Positions 21,536-31,432 of a DNA stretch of 39,735 nt are shown piece after piece. The notes beneath the pieces are model-generated. The model saw only the letters and a program-made list of their open reading frames with translations, searched no databases and was not told where the DNA came from. The stretch is from assembly GCF_001194135.2 (NCBI RefSeq), contig NC_068985.1:2553776-2593510 (forward strand), in the 5' to 3' direction. Position numbers and translations under genes: made by a program. Each line of letters starts with the position of its first letter. Position 1 is the first letter of the stretch. Source of the DNA: Octopus bimaculoides. Lineage: Eukaryota.

Positions 21536-22577
21536 AACTCCAAAAATTTTTACAGGAGGATAGGGAAAAACACCAGTTACAGTAAAGTCTGTCCCATCAA
21601 AAGAGGTGCAGGGATTTGGGAATAAAGTTTGGGCAGAAGAAAAGAGAGCAAATAATGCCAAAGTTGACAAAGCCCTCACCCATTAATGGCTAATAGCTTC
21701 TGACTTAACATCAGAAACAGAAAGGTTTATCATAGCAGCCCAAGATCAATGCCTACCTACAAGGAACTACCAGGCCAACGTATTAAAGAATGGCAGCTCC
21801 CCAATACGTCGTGTATGTCAACAACAAATTGAGACCATTGATCATGTTGTCTCCATGTGCAGTCTTCTTGCGCCTATAGAGTATCTCAACAGGCATGATA
21901 GAGCTGCACAATATATTCATTGGGTAATTTGCAAAAACCTGGACTTGCCCCATGATAAAAACTGGTGGGAACACAAACCACCCCCAGTACTTGAAAATGA
22001 TCACATCGCACTCTTCTGGAACTTCATCATTCAAACTGACAGAAAGATAGATGTGAATAGGCCAGACATCATATTGAAAGACTTCAGACAAAAATCATGC
22101 CTCCTCGTTGATATGACTGTCCCAATCGATATAAATGTATCTGTCAAGACCTACCAAAAGCTGAGCAAGTATAAAGATCTTGAAATAGAAATTGGCAAAA
22201 TGTGGAACATCATGATTGAAACAATACCTGTTGTCATAGGTGCCCTAAGAATGATAGCAAAAGGGGCTGATTCCTACCTAGCTCAGATACCAAGAAACCC
22301 CAAAATGGCAGAAATTCAAGAGATAGTGCTCATGGAAACTGCCCATATCCTATGCCAAAATACTTTCTCTGTAATCTCAAATTTTAAAACAAACACATAA
22401 TTTTCTTATGATGTCTTAAACATTCTCTGGAACAATACTATGTGTAAAACCAAATATATAGCACCCTAAGCATAACACCAACAGGAACTTCTAACTTGTC
22501 TCTTGAGGTCTCTGGGTGAGACTTGGAGCCAACTTGTAGAAATACAAAGCAAAAGTGAAGCATAAAATAATAATAAT
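21533..22577 (+). mobile_element. Internally deleted R4/Dong-like LINE: pre-RT piece (21533-21645) fused to the post-RT/RLE region, 3' UTR and (AAT)n tail
   Basis: SKNFYRRIGK/TPVTVKSVPSKEVQGFGNKVWAEEK, then TH*WL..LTSETERFIIAAQDQCLPTRNY..RVCQQQIETIDHVVSMC..RHDRAAQYIHW..RPDIIL..LLVDMTVP..KLSKYKDL..PVVIGAL (ORF 21855-22400); ends in (aat)4 at 22566-22577. Confidence 0.88.
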
Positions 22578-22750
22578 ATCTAAAAATACCTTAAGAATGA
22601 GAACCCAGGTTCGAAATTTCTCCAAGACACCTGATGAAGGCTGGAGGGTATATCAGCCGAAACGTTGTGCTAACAACAAAGAAGGTGAGGACAAATATCC
22701 GTCAAATGTAAATAATGTACATAATTCCTTGTCTCTTAAATATAGAACTG
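22578..22750 (+). mobile_element. Penelope-terminal-like repeat body carrying a hammerhead ribozyme
   Basis: aaaataccttaagaatgagaacccaggttcgaaatttctccaagacacctgatga...ggacaaatatccgtcaaatgtaaataa is collinear with the minus-strand copy at 19873-19962. Confidence 0.8.
22626..22671 (+). ncRNA. Minimal type I hammerhead ribozyme (predicted cleavage after GUU at 22666; probably needs a dimeric fold)
   Basis: gacac CTGATGA a GGCTG gagggtatat CAGCC GAA AC GT T gtgct: catalytic core CUGAUGA (22631-37) and GAA (22659-61), 5-bp stem II (22639-43/22654-58), palindromic ACGT stem III (22662-65), stem I cac/gtg. Confidence 0.8.
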
Positions 22751-22814
22751 TTTCTTCAAATGTGAGCAATTAATGTACAGATTCTGAAAGTAATCTTTTC
22801 TTACAAAAACAAAC

Positions 22815-22940
22815 AAAATATCTAGTAAACTCTCAAGGCAGAATCATTAGCAGCATTTTGTCCAGCTGTTTGCTCTGAGTTCAAATTCCACTGAAGTCAA
22901 TTTTGCCTCTCATCATTTTGCAGATGATTAAAATAAGTAA
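22815..22940 (+). mobile_element. SINE family C, decayed
   Basis: ggcagaatcattagc...ctctgagttcaaattccactgaagtcaattttgcctctcatc...aaaataagtaacag is the reverse complement of the copies at 27847-28309. Confidence 0.65.
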
Positions 22941-23264
22941 CAGAATATAAAATACTCACCGGAATCAGACATCATTCTGCCATTACTGAATTTCCAAAAA
23001 CAAAATAACAGACAAATGAAAAATTTACCCTAATTTCTCGGAAAATTTATTTGTTCATTTAATATCAACCCTGGCTGATCTTATGACTCAGTGAAAGAAA
23101 ATGAAGATTGCAAATGGAAAATATTCTATAACTAAGACTAAACAGATCTTCCTTTACAACAACAAAATACAAAAAAAAAAAATAATGTTCTTGGCTACGT
23201 CAGGCCATAATCTAAGCACATCTATGAGCAATGTTGTTAGATCAGTAATATAAAGAATAAGGCT

Positions 23265-23735
23265 GAACAATATAAGAAAACTGCTCTGTCCACCTTGTGT
23301 TAATGTATGGCAGTGAGACATGGTCTTTAACATCAGGAATCAGAAGGTGCTTGGAGAGCTGAGAAATATGGTCCTTCAGGAGAATATTAAGGATAACATG
23401 GACAGACAAGTGCATAATGAAGAGGTGATGACCTGGGCTGTGGTAAATAGGAAGCTGCTTCATGAGATAAGAGCCAAGAAACTGAAATTTCTCCATCCTG
23501 TAATGAAGAATGTGGGCCCAAGGAGAATTTAGAGATGACTGGAAAGATTGAAAGAAAAAGAAGCAGAGAATGGAGAAGGATGATGTGGATGTTCAAGTCT
23601 GAGGAATTGGTTGGAAGAAGAGAGGCATTGAACATCAGGAAGTGGAACTGTTACGGAAAACAAGGAACAGAGGATTGAGGCAAGACATGATCACCTTATG
23701 TCCTACATTCTGGGCATGGCACCTGAAGAAAGAAA
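23265..23735 (+). mobile_element. Decayed RTE-clade (BovB/RTE-1-like) LINE 3' region
   Basis: Frameshifted peptides LMYGSETWSLT..RRCLES*EIWSFRRILRITWTDK, HNEEVM..LLHEIRAKKLKFL and TGKIERKRSR match the RTE post-RT LYGSETW...RRMLRISW.D...NEEV...GKIEGKR.RG series. Confidence 0.8.
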
Positions 23736-24214
23736 TGTATATACATAAGAGACACCTAACTTCCACTGACCCAGAATTACAATGATTATAGAAAGTCTCA
23801 ATAAAGAAGATTAATTCTTAACATCCCGCATGACATGAATCTACCTGACAGCACATCTATTCGTCAGTCCTAGAACACCTAAAACAACTACAGTCAAAAC
23901 ACACTTGTTTCTATTTGTTTGAAAGTTGCTAACTCTCTAATCATGGAGTTGTTTCTTTCTCAAAAGCTTCATACACAGCTGGGTTTGTTGTTTCTGAAAG
24001 GGAGTAAATTAGCTGATTGGAAAATTTCTTAATGAGTAAGCTGCAAAAAGATCAGGGAACATTTTGTTTTGTTGTTGGTTGTGATGTTTATACAACCAGG
24101 TCTGTTACTCATTGCATTTATTGCTCTCGTCTCTTTTCACCTGTTTTTCTAGTTATTATAATGCAATAAATTAGCAAGCACACAAGCATTACTTTCTTTT
24201 TGGCTCAAATGACA

Positions 24215-24597
24215 ATTACCTTTCACTTGTTTCAATCATTGGACAGTGGCCATGCTGGAGTACTGCTTTGGAGGGTTTTAGTTGAATGAATCAACCCCAG
24301 TACTTATGTATTTTTAAGCCTGCCACTTTAATCTACCAGACTATTTTGCAACACAAATTGTCAAGTTGTTATGGGGAACAAACACAAAGACACACTCATA
24401 TGTGCATGTCTCACTATCTATCTAGGTACACACACACATACAAATGTGGCGACCTTCTTGTCAGTTTGCCAACTAAATCCCCTCACAAGACCTTGGAGTA
24501 TAGAAGAAGACATTTGCCCAAGGCACCACACAGTGGGACTGAACATGGTACTATGTGGTTGGAGTAGCAAACTTCTTACCAGAATGCCATGCTTGAA
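24215..24597 (-). mobile_element. SINE family A, diverged
   Basis: cacttgtttcaatcattggacagtggccatgctggagtactgc...aagacatttgcccaaggcaccacacagtgggactgaac is the reverse complement of family A. Confidence 0.8.
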
Positions 24598-26258
24598 AAT
24601 TTCCAACACGATCATAAGAATTAATAGATCTGTAAAATAGCGACATTCTTCAAATTATTGAGGAAAATCCTTTACAGTCCCAAAAACTCTTATTTATAAA
24701 GACAAAGGAAGGCTAGAGACTATCCTTGATACCAGAGGACAATCTTCAAGACCATCTCGGTCACTTGGCAACATCACATCATATCCCATTCCCTTCATCA
24801 ATATTATCCACTTGACTACAGTAAATTATCCCAGATTTACTGGAATCCAGTCAATACAGTTAGAAAAACTTCCAAATGTTATCCGTATAAGAAGCCAGTT
24901 TAACAAAGACATGCAAACAAGATATTTTCTGATGGTTTACTGTAGAATTTCTTGTTCCTTTTTGACCTCAAATGTTATTTTGCATATGTTTGAATGTTTT
25001 GTAATGTTTATATTTTTTTAACCAGTTACACTTTAAATTCACTGACAAGTTAATTTGGGTCACTGAACATTTGAATCCTCATTGTTGAAACCAATGGAAA
25101 ACCAGTGTGTGTGTGTGTGTGTGTGTATGTCTAATGTTTTACACTTTAATTTTATTCTTGTAGAACCTGAATTTGCTCTCGTTAAGTAGTAGACTTTTAC
25201 AAGGTTGATAGAAATATCTCTTTCCTATGAAATCCTCATGTTACAAGCCAAGCACTAATCTAAGAAATTAATGCTCAACACATTGAAACAAAAGACTATT
25301 GAAAATTGTATTCTAAAAGATATTTTTTCTATTTCAAACAGAATTCAGTTGAATGAATCCTTTTTCTAGAGAGTTCTACATTTGTCACAAGTCAACAGAG
25401 CTGGAGCATAACCCCATTTCCTTTCCATCAAAAGAGCAATATTCTTCCTTCCCTTGAATGGAACAGGTCTGACCCCAGTTGTTGCTGGGACTTATTTTCA
25501 AGCAAAGCAAAGCAAAGCAACATGAAATGAAGTATTTGAAAAAAAAAAGATTAAACAAAGATAATAAAAAAAGACAAAACAAAAGGCTTCTTTGTTGAAT
25601 AGTTGAGAAGGTCCTCAATAAGACGAGTGCTGACATTAGTTAAAATATTGAGTTTTAGTATGGCTACAGTTGAATCAAAAACTATTTATCTTCTGTTCGT
25701 TGAGGTCAGTGGGGAATTTGATCGAGTGAATTGCAAACACTTGAGGAAACTACTTAAACATTATGTATATTCATCATAGTTAATAATATTTATGAAGAAT
25801 CTTCACAATGCTGTGGCCTAACTGTCCACGTGTAGCAGCTGCTTCTGTAAGTTTTCCTGTTCTACATGCTGATCAATAAATTAAATTGGCTTCATTAATT
25901 GAAATATGAGATCCGTTCAAAAAGAAACCATACTTTTAAAACAACATGTCAGCCAACCAATGCAGGGTTCTTGTGACTATGATGCTGTGTGCAGCTGACC
26001 TTGGTTTTTCAGTGAAATGATAAGCCACACCAGGCAGCCATTGATCTACAGGTGCTAGAGTGAAGGTATGTCTAATGCATTTGGCTATTTGCTTCAAGTT
26101 GAACAATGAGGAAAAATGTATCAAACGAGGAAGAATTTTATGATGCCTATTCTAATAATAATGCAATAAACCAATGGGGATGATTATTTGAGCTGTGTAT
26201 AAGGTCGCATATGATATCGACATTTCAAACTGAGAAGGACATCAGAACAATAGGCACA

Positions 26259-26506
26259 GCAGTGGCTGTGTGATAAGTAGCTTCCTTACCAACCACATGG
26301 TCCCGGGTTCAGTCCCACTGCGTGGCAGCTTGGGCAAGTGTCTTCTACTATAGCCTTGGGCCGACCAAAGTCTTGTGAGTGGATTTGGTAGATGGAAATT
26401 GAAAGAAGCCCATCATATATGTGTATATATATGTGTGTGTGTGTGTTTGTCCCCCCAACATCGCTTGACAACCAATGCTGGTGTGTTTATGTGCCCCATA
26501 ACTTAG
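26259..26506 (+). mobile_element. SINE family A, 5' two-thirds, truncated where a LINE fragment begins
   Basis: gcagtggctgtgtgataagtagcttccttaccaaccacatggtcccgggttcagtcccactgcgtggcagcttgggcaagtgtcttc...ccataacttag. Confidence 0.88.
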
Positions 26507-27200
26507 TTGTACTAACTCTTCTGACCTTGAAGCTGAAAGGCAAACACAGTCTGCCACTAAGGGTTTTGGCTCTCTTGCAAAGCATCTATGGAGCTGCCGT
26601 GATGTTGCCTGCAACACAAAGATATAGGTGTACAGTGTCACAGTGCTCCTTTACTTCCTTTATGCCACAGAATGCATGGCCCTCTACTACAGCAACATCA
26701 AGGCCCTGATACAAATCCAACTTCATCATCTGCACTCCAGCTTCATATCAGGTGGTGGGATCACATTCCTGATGTAAAGGTCCTGATGTCACACTAGCAT
26801 AGTTTGTGTGGAAGTCCTCATTACCTCATTGCAGCAGTGCAGGGCAGGGCATGTTTGCAGGATGGAGGGCGGTAGGTTCCCAAAGGCAGTTTTCTATGTT
26901 GTGCTATTTTAGGGCAGGAATAACTAATGGTAGCCAGAGGTTGTGATGCAGGGATGTGCTGAAGAGACATATGAAGAACTCTGACATCTCCTCAGACTCC
27001 TGGGAAGAGAAGGCCCTGTGGCATGAGGAATGGCACCAACTGCTGAAGCTCGTGATTCTGTCCACTGAGGAGAAGCAACAGAGAGAATATGAAAGAGCAC
27101 ATGAGAGACGTTACTTCTCCGTTGCATTAAGTAGTTTCACCTGCTGCAGATTAAGAGCAGGCCTTGTGGCCCTGCTACAGATAATTTCTGAACAGTGCAG
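26507..27200 (+). mobile_element. Decayed RTE-clade LINE fragment (post-RT C-terminal region)
   Basis: Frameshifted peptides FGSLAKHLWSCRDVACNTKI*VY..LYATEC and DVLKRHMKNSDISSDSWEEKAL..EWHQL match RTE FG.L...LW....TK..VY...LLY..E.W and ..LKR.MK..I....WE..A..R..WR motifs. Confidence 0.75.
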
Positions 27201-27254
27201 ACAACGTCAACCTATCAATGAGAGCATAAACAAAACACATACAGCAAGTATGTG

Positions 27255-27300
<46 letters not shown>

Positions 27301-27386
27301 TGTATTTATATATATTGTAAGTTATAAAAATATATTTTTGCATGAAAAACTCAGTGGTCCCTGTGAACTAACACATTAGCTGCCAA

Positions 27387-27659
27387 NNNNNNNNNNNNNN
27401 NNNNNNNNNNNNNNNNNNNNNNNNNNNNNNNNNNNNNNNNNNNNNNNNNNNNNNNNNNNNNNNNNNNNNNNNNNNNNNNNNNNNNNNNNNNNNNNNNNNN
27501 NNNNNNNNNNNNNNNNNNNNNNNNNNNNNNNNNNNNNNNNNNNNNNNNNNNNNNNNNNNNNNNNNNNNNNNNNNNNNNNNNNNNNNNNNNNNNNNNNNNN
27601 NNNNNNNNNNNNNNNNNNNNNNNNNNNNNNNNNNNNNNNNNNNNNNNNNNNNNNNNNNN
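27387..27659. other. Assembly gap (273 N)
   Basis: Run of N. Confidence 1.
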
Positions 27660-27846
27660 CACCTCAAAATCATATTTAAAGGGAAACAAAATCAGGATTC
27701 CTTTTGCCTACATATAAAAAAAACTCTTTCATATTATTATTAAACTTTATTAACATTTTATGGATGAATATCAAAAGTTGTAGCAATAAATTAAGTTATA
27801 AACTAGACTGAAACATATCTAGGCAGGCTTTTTACAAAAATACTTA

Positions 27847-28309
27847 TTTCTTTATTGCCCACAAGGGGGCTAAACACAGAGGGGACAAACAGGGACAGAC
27901 AAAGGGATTAAGTTGATTACATCGACCCCAGTGCGTAACTGATACTTATTTAATCGCCCCGAAAGGATGAAAGGCAAAGTCGACCTTGGTGGAATTTGAA
28001 CTCAGAATGTAATGGCAGACAAAGTACTGTTAAGCATTTCACCCGGCACGCTAATGATTCTGCCAGCTCGCTGCCCTTATGCAGTGAAAATATTCTTTTC
28101 TACTCTAGGCACAAGGCCCAAAATTTTGGGGGAGGGGGCCAGTCGATTAGATCAACCCCAGTACATAACTGGTACTTAATTTATCGACCCCGAAAGGATG
28201 AAAGGCAAAGTTGACTTTGGTGGAATTTGAACTCAGAACATAAAGACAGACGAAATACCACCAAGCATTTCGCCCGGTGTGCTAATGTTTCTGCCAGCTC
28301 GGTGCCCTA
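27847..28309 (-). mobile_element. Two tandem copies of SINE family C (about 27847-28078 and 28095-28309)
   Basis: Both contain ccccgaaaggatgaaaggcaaagt(c/t)gac(c/t)ttggtggaatttgaactcagaa...gctaatg(a/t)ttctgccagctcg, with different 3' modules. Confidence 0.9.
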
Positions 28310-29799
28310 AGGCTGTTTACAAAAATATTGACAATAGAAAGTTGTCGATATAACTAAGTACCAGAGATTTAGTGAGGGGCTCTACCATGCATTTGAAGAA
28401 ACACTACTCACTACATTTACAACAATATTTAGTTTGTTTTTCTGCTACATTTTCAAGAACATTATTTAGACCATGGCTCACATTCTCATATTTACAATAA
28501 CAGCATTTACTCAGCTATTCTACTAGATTTCTCTCACATTATTACTTCTACGAACAACAAACAAAATCATAATGTTAGTTGGATTCTTAATTGATATTAT
28601 TAAAAACATAACATGGTGTCTGCAAGAGACAAAAAAGACAAGAACAAAAAAAAATTTTGTTGTCAACAAACATTAGGAATGATGTACCTCACTTGAATAG
28701 TTTTTAAATCAATACGTTCTATATTATAAAACTCCCTCAACACGAGTAGTAGAAATGATCACTAAGTCCTCAAGTGCACACTCTCCTTGCAACAATCAAA
28801 TAATAATAATGATAATAATGATAAATAAAATACAATAAACAATAACAAAGAAACACTATTTGCAAAAGAGAGTAAAGCAACAGCCATGTCGAAATGCAAG
28901 AAATTGTCTCTTACCCACAAATACTGCCAGAGAAAACTGCAGAACTATTAAAAGAAATGCATATATGGCCTGAGAAGGGATGGAACTAGAAAAGAGACTT
29001 CTGTCAAACTTAATGTATTTTCTTAGATGAAGAGGGGTGAATTAAGGGGAAACAAATGCTAGATTTTCTTTAATTTGCAATTTCACATCAGTCCTAAATT
29101 GAACATAAAAAAAAACAACAAAAAGAAAAACAAAATGTAAAATAAAATAGAAAGCATTTAAATTCAATGCTTTAAACAGAAATCATTTGAAGTAAAAATA
29201 AAAGAGATGTTATATCGGAGAAGATAGATATAAGCAAAGCTTAAATGAATTAGTTTATGATTATAAACTTGAACACAAGATGCTTGCCCTCACTTCTAAT
29301 CTACTCACAAAGCATTAAGCTCACTGCAAATTCTCACTGGCAGCATAAAATCAGCTTGTACTACTGTTTTTTTTTTTTTTCTAATAAGTATTTTTGTATA
29401 ATATGCTAATTATTGAATTGAATTGATATTAATATAATTTGCATATGTATGTATACATCTATCTGTCTATCTGTCTATCTATATGATACACACGTGCATA
29501 CAATAGCCTGCTTATATAAAGAAAAGTTAGTTGACAACATTTATGAAGCAGTTCCTTACACATGTTCCTTACCCTGGTTCCATATTTGTCAGAATTACAA
29601 AATTATAAAAATCAAACCTATCACAGATAGAAAATTTTGTGAAAAGAAGAAGAATCAATTTTCAATGTTCTTTCATTTTACAAAAATTCATTTTAAAGGA
29701 AATTATGAAAAACACACCCAAAAGAAGGATATTTTGGCAAAATACTGTCCACCATTAGGCATTTCTTCTGTTCTTGTTTTGTACATTTATTTTACACAG

Positions 29800-29888
29800 G
29801 ATTTTACCATAAATATTCCAGAACAGGTTACTTGTGTTGGTGCCAGGTCAGGGATTTCAAAGGTCCACCGATGATACAACCAAATTCT
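29800..29888 (+). CDS. Candidate internal coding exon (phase 1 to 0), product unknown: xFYHKYSRTGYLCWCQVRDFKGPPMIQPNS
   Basis: Long polypyrimidine tract ending in ttttacacAG at 29799, a frame open for 29 codons, donor GTaagt at 29889; lies in non-repetitive sequence. No family recognised. Confidence 0.35.
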
Positions 29889-29953
29889 GTAAGTTGTTTC
29901 TCACTAAAAAAATCGGCAAGGAAAAAAGAGAAAAACAATAAATAATAACACCC

Positions 29954-29988
<35 letters not shown>

Positions 29989-29989
29989 A

Positions 29990-30690
29990 ATCTTTTCTTC
30001 TATAGGCACAAGGCCTGAAATTGGAGGGGGGGGAGTTGCTTATATTGACCCTAGTATTTCACTGGTACTTAATTTATTGACCCTAAAAGGATGAAAGGCA
30101 AAGTCAAACTCGGTGGAATCTGAACTCTGAATGCAAAGATGGACAAAACGCTGCTAAGCATTTTGTCTGGCATTCTAACCATTCTGCCAGCTTCCTGCCT
30201 TAAATAAAAAAAATAAAAAAAAAATAATAATAATAATAATAATAATCCTTTCTACTAAAGGCCAGAAATGTTGGTGGAGAGGATGAGTCAACTACATTGA
30301 CCTCAGTGTTTCACTGGTCCTTAATTTATTGACCTCCAAAAGGATGAAAGGCAAAGTCGGCCTTGGCAGAATTTCAACTCAGAACCAAAAGACAGACGAA
30401 ATGCTGCAAGCATTTTCCCTGGGGCGAATGATTCTACCAGCAGAGGCTGCCTTAAAAACAATAACAACAACAATAATAGTAATAATGGTTTCAAATTTTA
30501 GCACAAGGCCAGTAGTTTTGAGGCAGTGAGTAAGTTGATTAAATTGACCCCAGTATTCAACTGGTACTTATTTCATTTAAACCTCCTTTTGAGATTTAAA
30601 TTTGACTTTGGCAGAATTTGAACTCATTTACAGACAAAATACTGCTAAGCACTTTTCCAAGCATGCTAACAATTGTACCAGATCACCACA
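29990..30690 (-). mobile_element. Three head-to-tail copies of SINE family C separated by (CAA)n/(AAT)n tracts (about 29990-30200, 30245-30455, 30488-30690)
   Basis: The repeated core ggcacaaggcc...ttgacc..agt..t(t/c)aactggtactta...aaggatgaaaggcaaagtc...gaatttgaactc...gctaagca matches 28095-28309. Confidence 0.85.
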
Positions 30691-30833
30691 TTGATAACAT
30701 TAAATGATGATGATGATGATGATGATGATTGTTGCATCAGTAAGCCACAAACTGTGTGCAGTGGGGGAAAGGTATAGTGGTCAGTTTTTCAAGGAGGAGA
30801 ATTTGGCAGATTTATTAAAGGCCAAATAATAGA

Positions 30834-30930
30834 ATCATCATCATCATCCTTGTTTAACGTCTGCTTTCCATGCTGGCATGGGTTGTACGGTTTGACTGAG
30901 GGCTGGTGAGCGAGAAGGCTGCACCAGGCT
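30834..30930 (-). mobile_element. RTE-type 3' tail with (GAT)n
   Basis: (atc)n cttgtttaacgtctgctttccatgctggcatgggttgtacggtttgactgagggctgg...ggctgcaccaggctcc matches 33432-33530. Confidence 0.8.
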
Positions 30931-31221
30931 CCTTTGTGCTATTTATTCTGGATCAGAGTTCGAATCCTATCAAGATCAAACCTTGCCTTTTATCTTTTCA
31001 GGTTTGATAAATAAGGCAGTGAATCAACAGAACTTTAAGAGGGATTCTATGAGCTGCCTTTACAATAGCAATCCTTTGCATTCAGATTTTGCCATCCCCT
31101 GATAGAAAGCTGGGTTTTAGGGACCCAGTTAATGGAGATAGGCCTCCTATTGTCAGAGGGGTAACGAGTTGATTGGAGCAACATTTTGGTCAGATCAATA
31201 GCCATGAAACTTATAAGGTAG

Positions 31222-31432
31222 AGTCAGCTGGCAGAATTGTTAGCCTGCCAGGTAAAAAATGCTTAGCAGTATTCCATCATCCAACCTTATATGTTCTGAG
31301 TTCAAATCCTACCAAAGTTGATTTTGCTTGTTATCGTGTTAGGGTTGATAAAATAAGGACCGGGCAAACACCAGGGTTTGATGTAATCAACTATCCTGAT
31401 CCCCCAACATTTCAGGCCATGTGCTTATGATA
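31222..31432 (+). mobile_element. SINE family C, plus-strand copy (a further fragment lies at about 30931-31020)
   Basis: gagtcagctggcagaattgttagc...gttctgagttcaaatcctaccaaagttgattttgc...ttgataaaataaggacc...ggggtttgatgtaatcaac..ggccatgtgc. Confidence 0.75.

Noticed and set aside
24700-25021. Open plus-strand frame of about 100 codons
   Set aside because: No recognisable motif and no convincing donor; the 3' part is T-rich low-complexity sequence.
29449-29874. 141-aa ORF in the six-frame track
   Set aside because: Starts in low-complexity (tcta)n sequence, is AT-rich with no recognisable domain, and crosses a strong splice acceptor; not a credible single-exon gene.
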